Assembly: GCA_965207225.1 (NCBI GenBank)
Contig: CBDBLV010000005.1
Span: forward strand, 448,001-512,000
Direction of reading: 5' to 3'
DNA length: 64,000 nucleotides
Source: Dehalococcoidia bacterium
GTDB taxonomy: Bacteria > Chloroflexota > Dehalococcoidia > Plut-88900
Part shown: positions 19,486 to 30,343 of the stretch, one piece after another
How positions within the stretch are numbered: position 1 is the first letter of the stretch
Layout of the letters: the number at the start of each line of letters is the position of its first letter
The notes under the pieces: generated by a model
Told to the model about the DNA's origin: nothing
The model's database searches: none
Seen by the model: only the letters and a program-made list of their open reading frames with translations
Translations under genes and position numbers: made by a program

Positions 19486-20136
19486 ATGCAGATTTGGCTC
19501 GACACCGCAGACATCGAAGAGATCCGGGAAGCCGCCCGGTACGGCGTTATCTCCGGGGTTACCACTAACCCTTCCCTCGCCGCTAAGGCCGGCCACCTTG
19601 ACCTGCGCGCCGCCATATTGGAGATATGTGACCTCGTCGATGGCCCCGTCAACGCCGAGGTCCTCAGCCTCAACGCCCGGGAGATGATCGAAGAGGGTCG
19701 TGAGATCGCCACCTGGGCCCCGAACGTCGTCGTCAAGGTCCCCATCGGCGAAGAGGGCCTCCAGGCCATTTCAACCCTCTCCTCCGAAGGCATAGCCGTG
19801 AACCAGACCCTCACTTTCTCCGTCAATCAGGCCCTCCTCGGGGCCCTCGCCGGCGCAACCTACATCAGCCCCTTCGTCGGCAGGCTCGACGATGCAGGCA
19901 ACGACGGCATGACCCTCGTCGCCGACATGGTGGAAGTATTCAAGGTGCAGAACCTTGACGCCAAGGTCCTCGCCGCCAGCCTCCGACACCCCCAGCACGT
20001 GGTCCAGGCCGCCATGGCCGGTGCCCACGTCTCTACCCTTCCCTACAAGGTCTTCAAGCAGATGTTCCTTCACCCCCTAACCGATATCGGCCTAAAGCGT
20101 TTTATAGATGACTGGCGAGGCCTGGTCCGGGTCTAG
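19486..20136 (+). CDS. fsa: Transaldolase / fructose-6-phosphate aldolase family
   Basis: LDTA, GVTTNPSL, VVVKVP (Schiff-base Lys), YISPFVGRLDD, AASLRHP. Confidence 0.93.
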   Translation: MQIWLDTADIEEIREAARYGVISGVTTNPSLAAKAGHLDLRAAILEICDLVDGPVNAEVLSLNAREMIEEGREIATWAPNVVVKVPIGEEGLQAISTLSSEGIAVNQTLTFSVNQALLGALAGATYISPFVGRLDDAGNDGMTLVADMVEVFKVQNLDAKVLAASLRHPQHVVQAAMAGAHVSTLPYKVFKQMFLHPLTDIGLKRFIDDWRGLVRV

Positions 20137-20181
20137 ACCCCCGACCTCACCCTTGCCGCAACTCCCCACCCCGAGCACCCC

Positions 20182-21498
20182 ATGAAAAGGAGATCCCCCC
20201 CCGCAGTGAGCCCCACCATCCTCGCAGAACCAACGCGCATTGATATCGCGGACCTTGAGGCCCTTCCACGCGAACGCCTCCTCGAACTCGCCCGAGAGGC
20301 CAATATCAACAACTACGCCTCCCTCAAGAAGGGCGAGCTCGTTTTCCGCCTCCTCCCTTCCCGCCTCGACGACCAGTACGTCATCATCTCCGGCGGCATC
20401 CTATCCCTCGCCGACGAGGGCTACGGCTTCCTCCGCCACGACGGCCTCAAGGCCGGAGTCAACGACGTATACGTCTCCCAGTCCCAGATTAGGCGCTTCG
20501 GCCTCCGCACCGGTGACCACGTCACCGGACAGATCAGGCCTCCCAAGGACAGCGAAAAGTTCTACGGCCTTCTTCGCGTCGAATCAATCAACGGCGCCGA
20601 CCCGAACATCGCCAAGATTCGTCCCTCCTTCGATGACCTCACCCCCATATTCCCCGAGGAGCTGATCAACCTGGAAGCCCCCGGCAACGGCCTCTCCGGC
20701 AGGCTGATGACCCTCATGTCACCCATCGGCCGGGGCCAGCGCGGCCTTATCGTCTCGCCGCCCAAGGCCGGCAAGACCATCCTCCTCAAGCACATCGCCA
20801 ACGGCATAACTACCAACTACGACAACATACGCCTCATGGTAGTCCTCATCGGTGAACGCCCCGAAGAAGTCACCGACATGAAGCGCTCCGTCAACGGCGA
20901 GGTCATCTCCTCCACCTTCGACGAACCCGTCGAGGACCACACCAAGGTGGCCGAGGTCGCCTTGGCCCGGGCCAAGCGCCTCGTAGAGGTCGGCGAAGAC
21001 GTCGTTATCCTCCTCGACTCCATCACGCGGCTCACCAGGGCCTACAACCTCGCCATTCCCACCAGCGGGCGCACCCTTTCCGGCGGCATAGACCCCGTTG
21101 CCCTCTACCCGCCCAAGCAGTTCTTCGGCGCAGCCCGCAACTGCGAAGAAGGCGGCTCCCTCACCATCATCGGTACCTGCCTGGTCGACACCGGCTCCCG
21201 CATGGACGAGGTCATCTATGAAGAGTTCAAGGGCACCGGCAACATGGAGGTCCACCTCGACCGCAAGCTCTCCGAGCGCCGCATCTTCCCCGCCATCGAC
21301 ATCCAGAAGTCCGGCACCCGACGTGAGGAGAAGCTCCTCGACGAGCAGACCCTCAAACAGGTCTGGCTCCTCCGCCGCATGGTCTCCATGATCTCCAACG
21401 ACCCCAACTCCTCCGCCGACGCCACCGAAAAAGTCCTCCAACGCATGGCCAAGACCACCTCCAACGCCGAATTCCTCACCAACCTCAAAACTGGCTAA
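20182..21498 (+). CDS. rho: Transcription termination factor Rho
   Basis: [49 protein letters not shown]. Exact start uncertain. Confidence 0.98.
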   Translation: MKRRSPPAVSPTILAEPTRIDIADLEALPRERLLELAREANINNYASLKKGELVFRLLPSRLDDQYVIISGGILSLADEGYGFLRHDGLKAGVNDVYVSQSQIRRFGLRTGDHVTGQIRPPKDSEKFYGLLRVESINGADPNIAKIRPSFDDLTPIFPEELINLEAPGNGLSGRLMTLMSPIGRGQRGLIVSPPKAGKTILLKHIANGITTNYDNIRLMVVLIGERPEEVTDMKRSVNGEVISSTFDEPVEDHTKVAEVALARAKRLVEVGEDVVILLDSITRLTRAYNLAIPTSGRTLSGGIDPVALYPPKQFFGAARNCEEGGSLTIIGTCLVDTGSRMDEVIYEEFKGTGNMEVHLDRKLSERRIFPAIDIQKSGTRREEKLLDEQTLKQVWLLRRMVSMISNDPNSSADATEKVLQRMAKTTSNAEFLTNLKTG

Positions 21499-21763
21499 CC
21501 CCCCATCCCCCCTCCCTAGTATTGAACTAGAGGCAGGGATCCGCGTTCTAGCGCCGACCTCTTCCCTCCCCTCCGGCCCACCCAGGATGCACCACGCCCC
21601 TGGTTTTCTACTCTAGGCATCGTTTAATCAAAACAGCTACGAGTTCAATCAACATTCAATCAAACACCGGCAGCATCTCGCTGCCCCCATCCAACCTTGA
21701 CTACCCAGCCTCCACAGGTATAGGGTGAACCTTGCCGATTTTGAATTCTCTCGGGGGATAAAC

Positions 21764-23404
21764 ATGGCCACCGTAACCGGAAGCTACCTCATCGCCAGGA
21801 CACTCAAGGAGGAGGGCGTCGACACCCTCTTCTATCTCATGGGTGGCCCCAACTTCGACATCGTCATGTCCAGTGAAGACCTCGGCATCAACACCGTAGA
21901 CTTCCGCCACGAGCAGGGCGCGGCCTTCGCCGCCCACGCCTACGCCCGGGTCTCCGGCAAGCCCGGCGTCTGCACCGCCGCCTCTGGCCCCGGCACCCTG
22001 AACCTCCTCACCGGCGTCTACACAGCTTCCATTGACAACTCCCCCATGGTCATCCTCGGCGGCGCAGGCCCCGTCCACGACATCGGCCGCGAGGCCTTCC
22101 AGGAAGTCGACCAGATGAACATCATGCGGCCCCTGTGCAAGTACCTCCACCAGCCCACCATGGCCGCCCGGTACCCGGAGGTCGTCAGTACCGCCTTCCG
22201 ACAGGCCATGTCCGGCCGCCCGGGCCCCGTCTACATCGACTGCGGCGCCGACGTTCTCTACGAGGAGATCGAAGAGTCCGATGCCGTGGCCCCTTCCCGC
22301 TACGAAAAGCGCAGCAAGCCCAACGCCGACCCCGCCGCCGTCGCCGAAGCCGTAGACATGCTCGCAAAGGCGGAGCGTCCCATGATCATGGCCGGCGGAG
22401 GTGTCGTCTTCTCCGGCGCCAGCCCCGAGCTCGAACGCCTCGTCGACATCACAAACATCCCCTTCTATACCGCCCCCATGTCCCGGGGCGTCGTACCCGA
22501 AGACCACGTCGTCTCCTTCCCGGGTGCCCGCAGCACCGCCATGCGGGAGGCCGACATCGTACTCGTCGTCGGCACCCGGCTCAACTGGATGATGAACTAC
22601 GGGCAGCGCCTCGGCCCTGACGCCAAGATCATCCAGATCGACATTGAAGCCAGCGAAATCGGCCACAACCGGGACGTTGCTCTCGGCATCGTAGCCGATG
22701 CTAAGCTCGCCCTCGCCCAGATCGTCGCCGAGGCCGAAGCCCAGGAAGCCAGCTTCGCCGGCGCCCTCGAATCGCCTTGGATAGTCAAACTCAACGAAGT
22801 CAACGACCAGCGCGCCGAAAAGATCGCCCCCCTCCTCAACTCCGATTCACAGCCCATCCATCCCCTGCGAATCTGCAAGGAAATCAGGGAGTTCCTGGAC
22901 CGCGACGCGATCCTCTGCGTGGACGGCAACGAGATCCTTCACTACGCCCGGCAGTCCATCCCCACCTTCGAATCAGGCCACAGGCTCAACGCTGGTGTCA
23001 CCGGTACCATGGGCGTGGGCCTTCCCTACGGCATAGGCGCCCAGCTCGCCAAGCCCGACAAGCAGGTCCTCGTCCTCCACGGCGACGGCTCCATGGGCAT
23101 GAACGCTATGGAGGTCGACACGGCAGTCCGCCACAACCTCCCGGTAGTAACCGTCGTCAGCAACAACGCAGGCTGGACCGCCCGCTCCCTCGACACCCGA
23201 AAGCCGGGCCGGGAGCTCGGCTTCACCGCCTTCCACGAAATGGCCGAGTCCCTCGGCGGCTATGGCGAAAAAGTCGAAGACCCCGCCGAGATCAAACCCG
23301 CCCTGGAGCGGGCCTACGCCAGCGGCAAGGCCGCCGTCATTAACGTCATCGCAGACCCCTATGCCCGCGCCGTCTCCAACTGGGGTGGCTCCCGCATGGA
23401 ATAG
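21764..23404 (+). CDS. Thiamine diphosphate-dependent enzyme (2-hydroxyacyl-CoA lyase / oxalyl-CoA decarboxylase-like)
   Basis: FRHEQGAAFAA, SGPG, AFQEVDQ, GTMGVG, GDGSMG..NN TPP-binding motif. Confidence 0.9.
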   Translation: MATVTGSYLIARTLKEEGVDTLFYLMGGPNFDIVMSSEDLGINTVDFRHEQGAAFAAHAYARVSGKPGVCTAASGPGTLNLLTGVYTASIDNSPMVILGGAGPVHDIGREAFQEVDQMNIMRPLCKYLHQPTMAARYPEVVSTAFRQAMSGRPGPVYIDCGADVLYEEIEESDAVAPSRYEKRSKPNADPAAVAEAVDMLAKAERPMIMAGGGVVFSGASPELERLVDITNIPFYTAPMSRGVVPEDHVVSFPGARSTAMREADIVLVVGTRLNWMMNYGQRLGPDAKIIQIDIEASEIGHNRDVALGIVADAKLALAQIVAEAEAQEASFAGALESPWIVKLNEVNDQRAEKIAPLLNSDSQPIHPLRICKEIREFLDRDAILCVDGNEILHYARQSIPTFESGHRLNAGVTGTMGVGLPYGIGAQLAKPDKQVLVLHGDGSMGMNAMEVDTAVRHNLPVVTVVSNNAGWTARSLDTRKPGRELGFTAFHEMAESLGGYGEKVEDPAEIKPALERAYASGKAAVINVIADPYARAVSNWGGSRME

Positions 23405-23468
23405 GAATCCCTCTGTCCCTACAGCACACCAGTGAATATCCCACAAGGGGTTGGGATGGGATGTCCGG

Positions 23469-23508
23469 CCCCCTCTCCCTCGATGGGAGAGGGTTGGGGT
23501 GAGGGTGA
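23469..23508. repeat. Family C palindromic repeat
   Basis: CCCTCTCCCTCGATGGGAGAGGGTTGGGGTGAGGGTGA; matches 373-414 and 38518-38560. Confidence 0.7.
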
Positions 23509-23568
23509 GTCGAATGTCCAAATGCTAGCTGTGCAATTGCCCTCACCCACCAGAAAAGACACCACCCC

Positions 23569-24852
23569 TTGAGCAACCAGACCCACCTAACCACCCCCGA
23601 GGCCCAACGCCTCGCCGATGGTGGCAGCCAGGGTCTGCTCTCCCGGGTCCACACCTTCGATTCCCTGAAGGAACCCAGCTACCGCTGGCTCTGGCTCGGG
23701 ATGCTTGGCTCCTTCGCCGGTATGCAGATGCAGATGCTGGCCCGGGGCTGGCTGGTCGTCGACAAGCTGGATGGCTCCGCCCTCGACTTGGGCATCGTCA
23801 CCTCCAGCAACGGCCTCCCCCTTCTCGTCCTTTCCCTCTTCGGCGGCGTAATCAGCGACAGGTTCCCCAAGCGCAACCTGCTGATAATCACCCAGTCCTG
23901 CAACGGCCTGATTGCCCTCCTGGTCGCCCTCCTCATCATCACCGACCGCGTCCAGATCTGGCACATGATCTTAGCCGCCATCCTGACCGGCACCGTCTTC
24001 GCCTTCAACATGCCCGGCCGCCAGAGCCTGATCCCAGAGCTTGTGAGCAAGGACAAGCTCTCCAATGCCGTGGCCCTCAACTCGGCAGGCATGAACCTGA
24101 ACAGGATCATAGCTCCGGGCATCGCCGGCATCCTGGTGGCAGTAATTGGCCTCGGCGGCGTCTACTTCATGATAGTGGCCTGCTACGCCTTCGCCGCCTT
24201 CACCATGGTATTGGTCCGACCCACCAGGCCCCCCACCCCGCCCCGCACTACCTCCATCATCCAGGACCTCAAGGCTGGCCTCCGTTACGCTAAGAACGAA
24301 CCCCGGATATCCAGCCTGCTCCTCCTGGCCCTCGTTCCCCTCCTCTTCGCCCATCCGTACCAGGCCCTCCTCCCCGTATTCGCCAAGAGCGTCCTGGGAA
24401 TCGAATCGGATGGCCTGGGCTTTCTCATGGGCGCCGTGGGTGTCGGGGCCGTTTCTGGCACCCTCGTCCTCGCTTCCCTCTCCGGCACCCGGAACAAGGG
24501 GCTGAAGATGATAGCCCTGCTGGTAGTGTTCGGGCTGGCCCTCATCCTCTTTGCCCGGTCCGGTTCCTTCTACCTGTCTCTGCCGGCCCTCTTCTTGGTC
24601 GGAGTCGGGAGCATGGGCTACAACGCCCTCAACCACACCCTGCTCCTTACCACCTCTACACCCGAGATGCGAGGCCGGGTCACGAGCATCTACATGATGA
24701 GCTTCGGCATCATGCCTCTTGGAGTCTTTCCCATGACCGCCGCTGCCGACGCCATAGGCCCTCCCAACGCGCTGACCATCGGCGGTGCAGGGCTTGTGCT
24801 GATAACCTTGCTGATGGTCCTATGGAGGCCCCAGATCCGGTCGCTGAGGTAA
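23569..24852 (+). CDS. MFS transporter (MFS_3 / DHA3-like)
   Basis: YRWLWLG, GGVISDRFPKRNLL motif A, MPGRQSLIPELV, MRGRVTS; about 12 TMs. Confidence 0.9.
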   Translation: MSNQTHLTTPEAQRLADGGSQGLLSRVHTFDSLKEPSYRWLWLGMLGSFAGMQMQMLARGWLVVDKLDGSALDLGIVTSSNGLPLLVLSLFGGVISDRFPKRNLLIITQSCNGLIALLVALLIITDRVQIWHMILAAILTGTVFAFNMPGRQSLIPELVSKDKLSNAVALNSAGMNLNRIIAPGIAGILVAVIGLGGVYFMIVACYAFAAFTMVLVRPTRPPTPPRTTSIIQDLKAGLRYAKNEPRISSLLLLALVPLLFAHPYQALLPVFAKSVLGIESDGLGFLMGAVGVGAVSGTLVLASLSGTRNKGLKMIALLVVFGLALILFARSGSFYLSLPALFLVGVGSMGYNALNHTLLLTTSTPEMRGRVTSIYMMSFGIMPLGVFPMTAAADAIGPPNALTIGGAGLVLITLLMVLWRPQIRSLR

Positions 24853-24856
24853 CGGG

Positions 24857-25621
24857 TTAGTCGTCCAGGTCGTCGTCGTGGACGTGCGGAGCTGCAGAAT
24901 GCCCAACGTGCGCCCCGAGACTCTCCACCTGCCGGCGCTCGTCTTCCTCCCTGGGCGGAAGGGCATCTATCGCCTCCCGAAGCCTTGGCAGTTCCGAAGC
25001 CTCTTTCTTCGACTTTACGTCCACCACCACCCCCATCGCCCCCACGTGCCTCAGCGCCGAAAGGTCCCCGTCCGTCAGCCCCGGCCTGACCTGCACCAGG
25101 CACGGCTTGCTCACCACAGTCAGGATCGACCTCAGCGTCATCAGGTCGGAGATCATCAAATCCCCGTTGGCCTCGTGCTCTATTAGAAGGCAGTCGATTG
25201 GCACATCCTCCAGGATGCGCAGGTATGCCTCTTCGATAGAGGTCGAAACGGAAAGCACTTTGGTCACATTCTCTTCGTTCAGCAACGCCCCCTGGGAACT
25301 CTCGGCATCGAGCACCACGAAGTCGCTGCCCATCTCCCCTAGCCCCGAGACTTCGACCACCTTTATTCCGGGCGCCTGCACCCCCCACACCCCCGACTCG
25401 GGCAGACCTTGCGGAGCTTTAGCCTGCTCAGCCTCATCCGCCTTCACTATCACGCAGTCCGCCGGCCCCACCGCCCCCGCAACCGATTTCCCCGCCGATG
25501 CATCGAGCCGCACAATAAGGACCATCGGCGGTACGGGCGTATAAGTAGAAGAAGAGACAAAGCCCATCCGCCTCGGCGCTGGCTGACCGGCCTTGTCAAG
25601 TTTGTCCAGTAGTTTGCTCAT
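24857..25621 (-). CDS. Hypothetical protein (possibly a degenerate HpcH/aldolase-like barrel)
   Basis: 254-aa ORF with native codon usage and alternating beta/alpha pattern. Fold is a guess. Confidence 0.6.
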   Translation of the reverse strand: MSKLLDKLDKAGQPAPRRMGFVSSSTYTPVPPMVLIVRLDASAGKSVAGAVGPADCVIVKADEAEQAKAPQGLPESGVWGVQAPGIKVVEVSGLGEMGSDFVVLDAESSQGALLNEENVTKVLSVSTSIEEAYLRILEDVPIDCLLIEHEANGDLMISDLMTLRSILTVVSKPCLVQVRPGLTDGDLSALRHVGAMGVVVDVKSKKEASELPRLREAIDALPPREEDERRQVESLGAHVGHSAAPHVHDDDLDD

Positions 25622-25823
25622 TCAGAGTGGCCTTCCGATAGAAGTTAAGGTAGCTGGAACGGCCCGCTATGGTATAGGCGCACCGGAAGTAGTGTCAATC
25701 GAGATTTGGGTGAATAACAGCCCCCTTGCTCAAAGGAGTTAGGACTACCACTGTCAATCAATTCAGTTTGACTAGCAGGTAATAGGGATGACGAGTGAAA
25801 AGTGCTCTTGGTTAGCTCTTTGC

Positions 25824-26912
25824 CTAATCGTCGGCCCACTTGAGCCGGACTTTCAGATCATTAAGTTGGCTCCAAGGAATTTTCCCTTCATGTTGTAGCC
25901 GCCCTGCAACAATACCAGGTGCTATATGCTGCTCCCGCGCGAAATTGCGGACTCTGCTTGCAGTGAAGGGTTGGGACACGATGAAGTTATTCCAGTCATC
26001 GCGTGAAACTAGGAAATCGGACGCCCAATTGTCAGCTTCCACATCCTCGCTTGTTTTCTTGCCGTCGCGTTTATCTACGAAGACGTGTTTCTTGCCATGT
26101 AAGAGGATGTGAGCGGCTTCGTGGAAGAAACTATACCAGAGGTGATCGTGACTCATGTGTCGAGCACTGAGTTGGATGAGCGCCTTTTGGGGTGTCAGCC
26201 AACGAGCTGCCCCGCTAAGTGCAGTTTTAGTAAGTGGTTTAACTACTGTCAGAGCAACTCCAGATTGTGCGCAGAGTTTTTCCGCATCTGCGAGAACCTC
26301 AATGGATTCCACAGCAGTCAATTCACGGATTCTATGTAGAGCCCCCCTGAATCTTGATTCCTTGTAACTTGCACACTCAATCTGCTCTGCTTCCAACTCT
26401 CCTAGCCTGAGCCATGCTGCAAGGGCGTACTGGTTGCTCTTGAAACTGGGAGAATGCCGATAGGCGACTTGAGCGCTTGCGTACTTCTTTTCCCAGGAGG
26501 TCACAGAAGCTACGCCAAAGAAAGCCAACACTGAGGCCACTCTACCGGCTGGGGATGCAGGTTTCTCGATGGCCTTCCTTTTAGTGAGTTCGCCAATAGG
26601 GAACTGGCTAGACCAATCCAGCCACTCAGCTGCTCTTTGCCTTTCTGCCTCACGGGCTTGGTGAAGTTGATAGTCAGACTCTATCCCCAGCCAAATGCTG
26701 GCGTCCATTCCGAGAACCTTCTCGAACTGGAGCGCAGTCCTCGGCTCTACGGGAGCCTTACCAGCAATTATGTCACTGATTAGTTTGGGTGATCTGCCGC
26801 ATCGTCTGGCAAACTCTGCGTGAGACATTTCCCGTGCGTCAAGGTGGCTCTCCAGAACATGACCTGGCGAGACCGCATAATCGGGTTGGTAGTAATATGT
26901 GGCAGTTGCCAT
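25824..26912 (-). CDS. higA: HigA-family antitoxin (XRE HTH) fused to ImmA/IrrE-type metallopeptidase
   Basis: SPGHVL..MSHAEFARRCGRSPKLISDII HTH; FFHEAAH (HExxH) and EADNWA. Confidence 0.88.
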   Translation of the reverse strand: MATATYYYQPDYAVSPGHVLESHLDAREMSHAEFARRCGRSPKLISDIIAGKAPVEPRTALQFEKVLGMDASIWLGIESDYQLHQAREAERQRAAEWLDWSSQFPIGELTKRKAIEKPASPAGRVASVLAFFGVASVTSWEKKYASAQVAYRHSPSFKSNQYALAAWLRLGELEAEQIECASYKESRFRGALHRIRELTAVESIEVLADAEKLCAQSGVALTVVKPLTKTALSGAARWLTPQKALIQLSARHMSHDHLWYSFFHEAAHILLHGKKHVFVDKRDGKKTSEDVEADNWASDFLVSRDDWNNFIVSQPFTASRVRNFAREQHIAPGIVAGRLQHEGKIPWSQLNDLKVRLKWADD

Positions 26913-26925
26913 TTCTCTCCCTTTG

Positions 26926-27261
26926 TCAATGATAGTCGTTGACTTCGATGATAGTGATCGCAGTCACTTGTCCCCTATCAATACCTCCCTCCTCCCTCTC
27001 TGGTACTGGGTCGTGATTCGGCACGAAAATGAGTCTTTGCGGATTTACTAGGTCCACCGCAAACTGGCCCTGTCGGTCTGCACTGAGTTGATGGAGCCGG
27101 TCAGGTTTCCTGGTTGGCACAAGAGACAGGTTACTAGCGTTACTGAGAACCGCGAGGCGGCTCTGGATCTCACGGGCCATTTGATTACCATATTTTTTCT
27201 TAATTTCTTTACTAGAATTGAAGATTTTTTGAAGCTTCTTTGATCTAAAGGTGATTTCCAC
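26926..27261 (-). CDS. higB: HigB/RelE-like toxin (killer protein)
   Basis: MEITFRSKKLQK, RLHQLSADRQGQFAVDL..RLIF, C-terminal NDYH; toxin-before-antitoxin order. Confidence 0.88.
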   Translation of the reverse strand: MEITFRSKKLQKIFNSSKEIKKKYGNQMAREIQSRLAVLSNASNLSLVPTRKPDRLHQLSADRQGQFAVDLVNPQRLIFVPNHDPVPEREEGGIDRGQVTAITIIEVNDYH

Positions 27262-27460
27262 AAGAGCACCTCGGCCTTACCGCAATATGCGACCTTACCC
27301 GTAATGTCCTCATGATTTTCCTCCTTAGCGTTACCTATTAGGTAATGATTATACTCTCGTTCGTTAACCTTTGCAAGGCAAGGCTCAGAAACGTATTAAG
27401 CTCCCCCCTCCCCCCGACAACAAATGCGTTAACATATCCCCACTCTTTGGTGCATAGACC

Positions 27461-28465
27461 ATGAAGCAGATCACCATAATCGGCCTCGGACTGATCGGCG
27501 GCTCCCTCGGCCTCGCCCTCCGGGGCCCGACCCTCCACATCGTCGGCTGGGACACCTCCCGCGACTCCGTCTCCCGGGCCCTGAAAATGGGTGCTATCGA
27601 CACAGGCGCCCAGTCCCTCCCCGCCTCTGTCGACTCCTCAGACCTCGTCATCCTCGCCACCCCCCTGCTCGCCATGCCCGAAGTGATGAAAGAAATCGCC
27701 CCAGCCCTCCCCCCCGACACCACCGTCACCGACACCGGCAGCACCAAGGGCGCGGTAATGGACTGGGCCCAGACCCACCTCCCCGGTATCAATTTCGTGG
27801 GAGGCCACCCCATGGCCGGCAAAGAAGTGCCGGGCGTTGAAAACGCCGATGCCGACCTCTTCAAAGGCGCAACCTACTGCGTTTGTCCCTCCCCCACCGC
27901 CTCCCGGGCTGCCATTGATGCCGTACTGAGCGTGGTGGAAAAGGTCGGCGCCATACCCTACTTCCCCGAGCCCCGTGAACACGACGCTATGGTCGCAGCC
28001 ACCAGCCACCTTCCCCTCATCCTCTCATCTGCCCTGATGACCCTTGTCTCATCCTCCGAGTCCTGGAGAGAGATGCGCCGCGTCGCCTCCTCCGGCTTCT
28101 CGGGCGCTACCCGCCTAGCCTCCACCGTTCCATCCATGTCCACCGGCATCTGCGTCACCAACCGCGAAGCCATCGAGCACTGGATCGACCGCTACATCGA
28201 AGAGCTACTGGGCTACAAGGCCCTCCTTGCGGCCGGTGATGATGATATCCAAACAGGTCTGACCGCCGCCCGAGACGCCCGTGAAAACTGGCTCTCAGCC
28301 CACGACGCTTCTCCCGACTGGCGCCCTCCTCCCGTGCCCGGCGTTGCCCAGCAGCTAAGCAGCCTCCTCCTCGGCGAGGCCCTCGTCAACCGCGGCCGAA
28401 AGCTCATGGGTCTCTACGAAAGAGGTGCTGCGGGTGGCCGAGATAAGAGCAAAGGAGCCTCCTAG
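27461..28465 (+). CDS. tyrA: Prephenate/arogenate dehydrogenase
   Basis: GLGLIGGS, TDTGSTK, GGHPMAG, EHD..SHLP motifs. Confidence 0.93.
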   Translation: MKQITIIGLGLIGGSLGLALRGPTLHIVGWDTSRDSVSRALKMGAIDTGAQSLPASVDSSDLVILATPLLAMPEVMKEIAPALPPDTTVTDTGSTKGAVMDWAQTHLPGINFVGGHPMAGKEVPGVENADADLFKGATYCVCPSPTASRAAIDAVLSVVEKVGAIPYFPEPREHDAMVAATSHLPLILSSALMTLVSSSESWREMRRVASSGFSGATRLASTVPSMSTGICVTNREAIEHWIDRYIEELLGYKALLAAGDDDIQTGLTAARDARENWLSAHDASPDWRPPPVPGVAQQLSSLLLGEALVNRGRKLMGLYERGAAGGRDKSKGAS

Positions 28466-28467
28466 CG

Positions 28468-29772
28468 GTGCCTTACCAGGTCACTCCCGCCGGCTCGATT
28501 GAAGGGGAGTTGGAACCCCCCGGAGACAAGAGCATATCCCACCGGGCCGTAATCCTCGGCAGCCTCGCCCACGGCGTCACTAAAGTCAGCAATTTCCTCC
28601 ACGGCGCCGACACCGCCGCTTCCATCTCTTGCCTCCAGGCCCTGGGCATCGACATCCGAGTCGAAGAACCCAATCCCGACTCGCGCGGCCTCAACGTCAC
28701 CGTCCAGGGTCATGGCCGTGAGGGCTTCCGCGAACCCGAGCAGGTCCTCGACGTCCGCAACAGCGGCACTACCATGCGGGTGATGTCCGGTATCCTTGCT
28801 TCCCTCCCCTTCCTCTCCGTGCTCACCGGCGACGACTCCCTCGTCCGTCGCCCCATGCGCCGGGTCATCGACCCCCTGCGCCACATGGGCTCCGACATCT
28901 TTGGCCGCGCCGATGACAACTATCCCCCGCTCGTCATCAGGGGTGGGCAGCTCCGGGGCATCGAATACGCACCCCGGGTGATGAGCGCCCAAGTCAAGAC
29001 CGCCGTCCTGCTGGCGGGCCTCGCCGCCGAGGGATCCACCATCGTAAATCAGGCTTCGGCGACCAGGGACCACACCACGAGAATGCTCCGCTCCATGGGA
29101 GCCCACATCACCGTCAACGGTGACAGTGTCGAACTCACGCCCGGCGAACTGAACGCCACCGACCTCCAGGTTCCCGGCGACATCAGCTCCGCAGCCCCGT
29201 GGCTCGTGCTCGCCGCCGCCCATCCCCACGCCCGGCTCCGCCTCACCAACGTCGGCGTGAACCCGGGCCGCATCGGCATCATCCGCGTCCTCAAATCCAT
29301 GGGCGCCGCCATAGCCCTCGAAGACCTGCCCCCCGCCGGCGCCGAACCTATGGCAGATATCGCCGTACAAAGCAGCAACCTCAAAGCCGTCACCATCGAA
29401 GGCGAGATAATTCCCTACGTCATCGACGAAATTCCCATCCTCGCCCTTGCCGCGACTCAGGCAAACGGTGAGACCATCATCAGGGATGCCGCCGAGCTCC
29501 GGGTCAAGGAATCAGACAGGATCACGACGACTGTGGCCGAGCTCCGCAAGCTCGGTGCCGACATTGAAGAGCTCCCCGACGGCATGGTCATCAGGGGCCC
29601 CACCAACCTGAAGGGCGCACTATGCCGTAGCCACGGCGACCATCGCCTGGCCATGACCCTCGGCGTCGCTGGCCTCCTGGCCCAGGACGAGACCATTATC
29701 TATGACCCCGAGTGCGTCGAAGTCTCATACCCTGGCTTCTGGAAAGACCTGGAATCCCTGGGAGCCGGCTGA
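28468..29772 (+). CDS. aroA: 3-phosphoshikimate 1-carboxyvinyltransferase
   Basis: PGDKSISHRA, NSGTTMR, RPM, SAQVK, RDHT, ELRVKESDRI, GDHRLAM. Confidence 0.97.
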   Translation: MPYQVTPAGSIEGELEPPGDKSISHRAVILGSLAHGVTKVSNFLHGADTAASISCLQALGIDIRVEEPNPDSRGLNVTVQGHGREGFREPEQVLDVRNSGTTMRVMSGILASLPFLSVLTGDDSLVRRPMRRVIDPLRHMGSDIFGRADDNYPPLVIRGGQLRGIEYAPRVMSAQVKTAVLLAGLAAEGSTIVNQASATRDHTTRMLRSMGAHITVNGDSVELTPGELNATDLQVPGDISSAAPWLVLAAAHPHARLRLTNVGVNPGRIGIIRVLKSMGAAIALEDLPPAGAEPMADIAVQSSNLKAVTIEGEIIPYVIDEIPILALAATQANGETIIRDAAELRVKESDRITTTVAELRKLGADIEELPDGMVIRGPTNLKGALCRSHGDHRLAMTLGVAGLLAQDETIIYDPECVEVSYPGFWKDLESLGAG

Positions 29773-29773
29773 C

Positions 29774-30343
29774 GTGGCCCCGCTCCTTGTGGTGTTCTCG
29801 GGCCCTAGCGGCGTCGGCAAGGACACCCTCATCGACAAACTCCTCGAGTCCGAGCCCCGTATGCGCAAAATAGCCACCGTTACCACCCGTCCCCCCAGGC
29901 CTGGAGAGGTCGAAGGCATCCACCACTATTTCGTCTCCCCCGAACGCTTCCAGGAGCTAATCGCCGAAGGCGCACTCCTCGAACACGCCCGCGTCTACGA
30001 CAACTGGTACGGCGTCCCCAGGGCCGACGTGGATAAACTCATCGGTGACGGCTGGGACGTCATCCTCCGCACCGACATCCAGGGAGTAGCCTTTATAAAG
30101 GCCCTCGCCCCCCACGCCCTGACCATCTTCATAGCCCCTGTTGATATGGCCGACCTCGAAGCCCGGCTCCGGCGCAGGGGCGGCGCAGAGACCGAAGACC
30201 GGACCCTCAGGCTGGAAACGGCCAGACGAGAAATGGAAGCCGCCCGCACCTTCGACCACGTCGTCGTCAACCCCGAAAACGCCCTCGACTCAGCCGTGGA
30301 AAGCGTCAGGCGGATATTGGCAAAGGAGCGCTCCCGACCCTAG
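29774..30343 (+). CDS. gmk: Guanylate kinase
   Basis: SGPSGVGK, TTRPPRPGEVEGIHHYFVS, NWYG. Confidence 0.95.
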   Translation: MAPLLVVFSGPSGVGKDTLIDKLLESEPRMRKIATVTTRPPRPGEVEGIHHYFVSPERFQELIAEGALLEHARVYDNWYGVPRADVDKLIGDGWDVILRTDIQGVAFIKALAPHALTIFIAPVDMADLEARLRRRGGAETEDRTLRLETARREMEAARTFDHVVVNPENALDSAVESVRRILAKERSRP

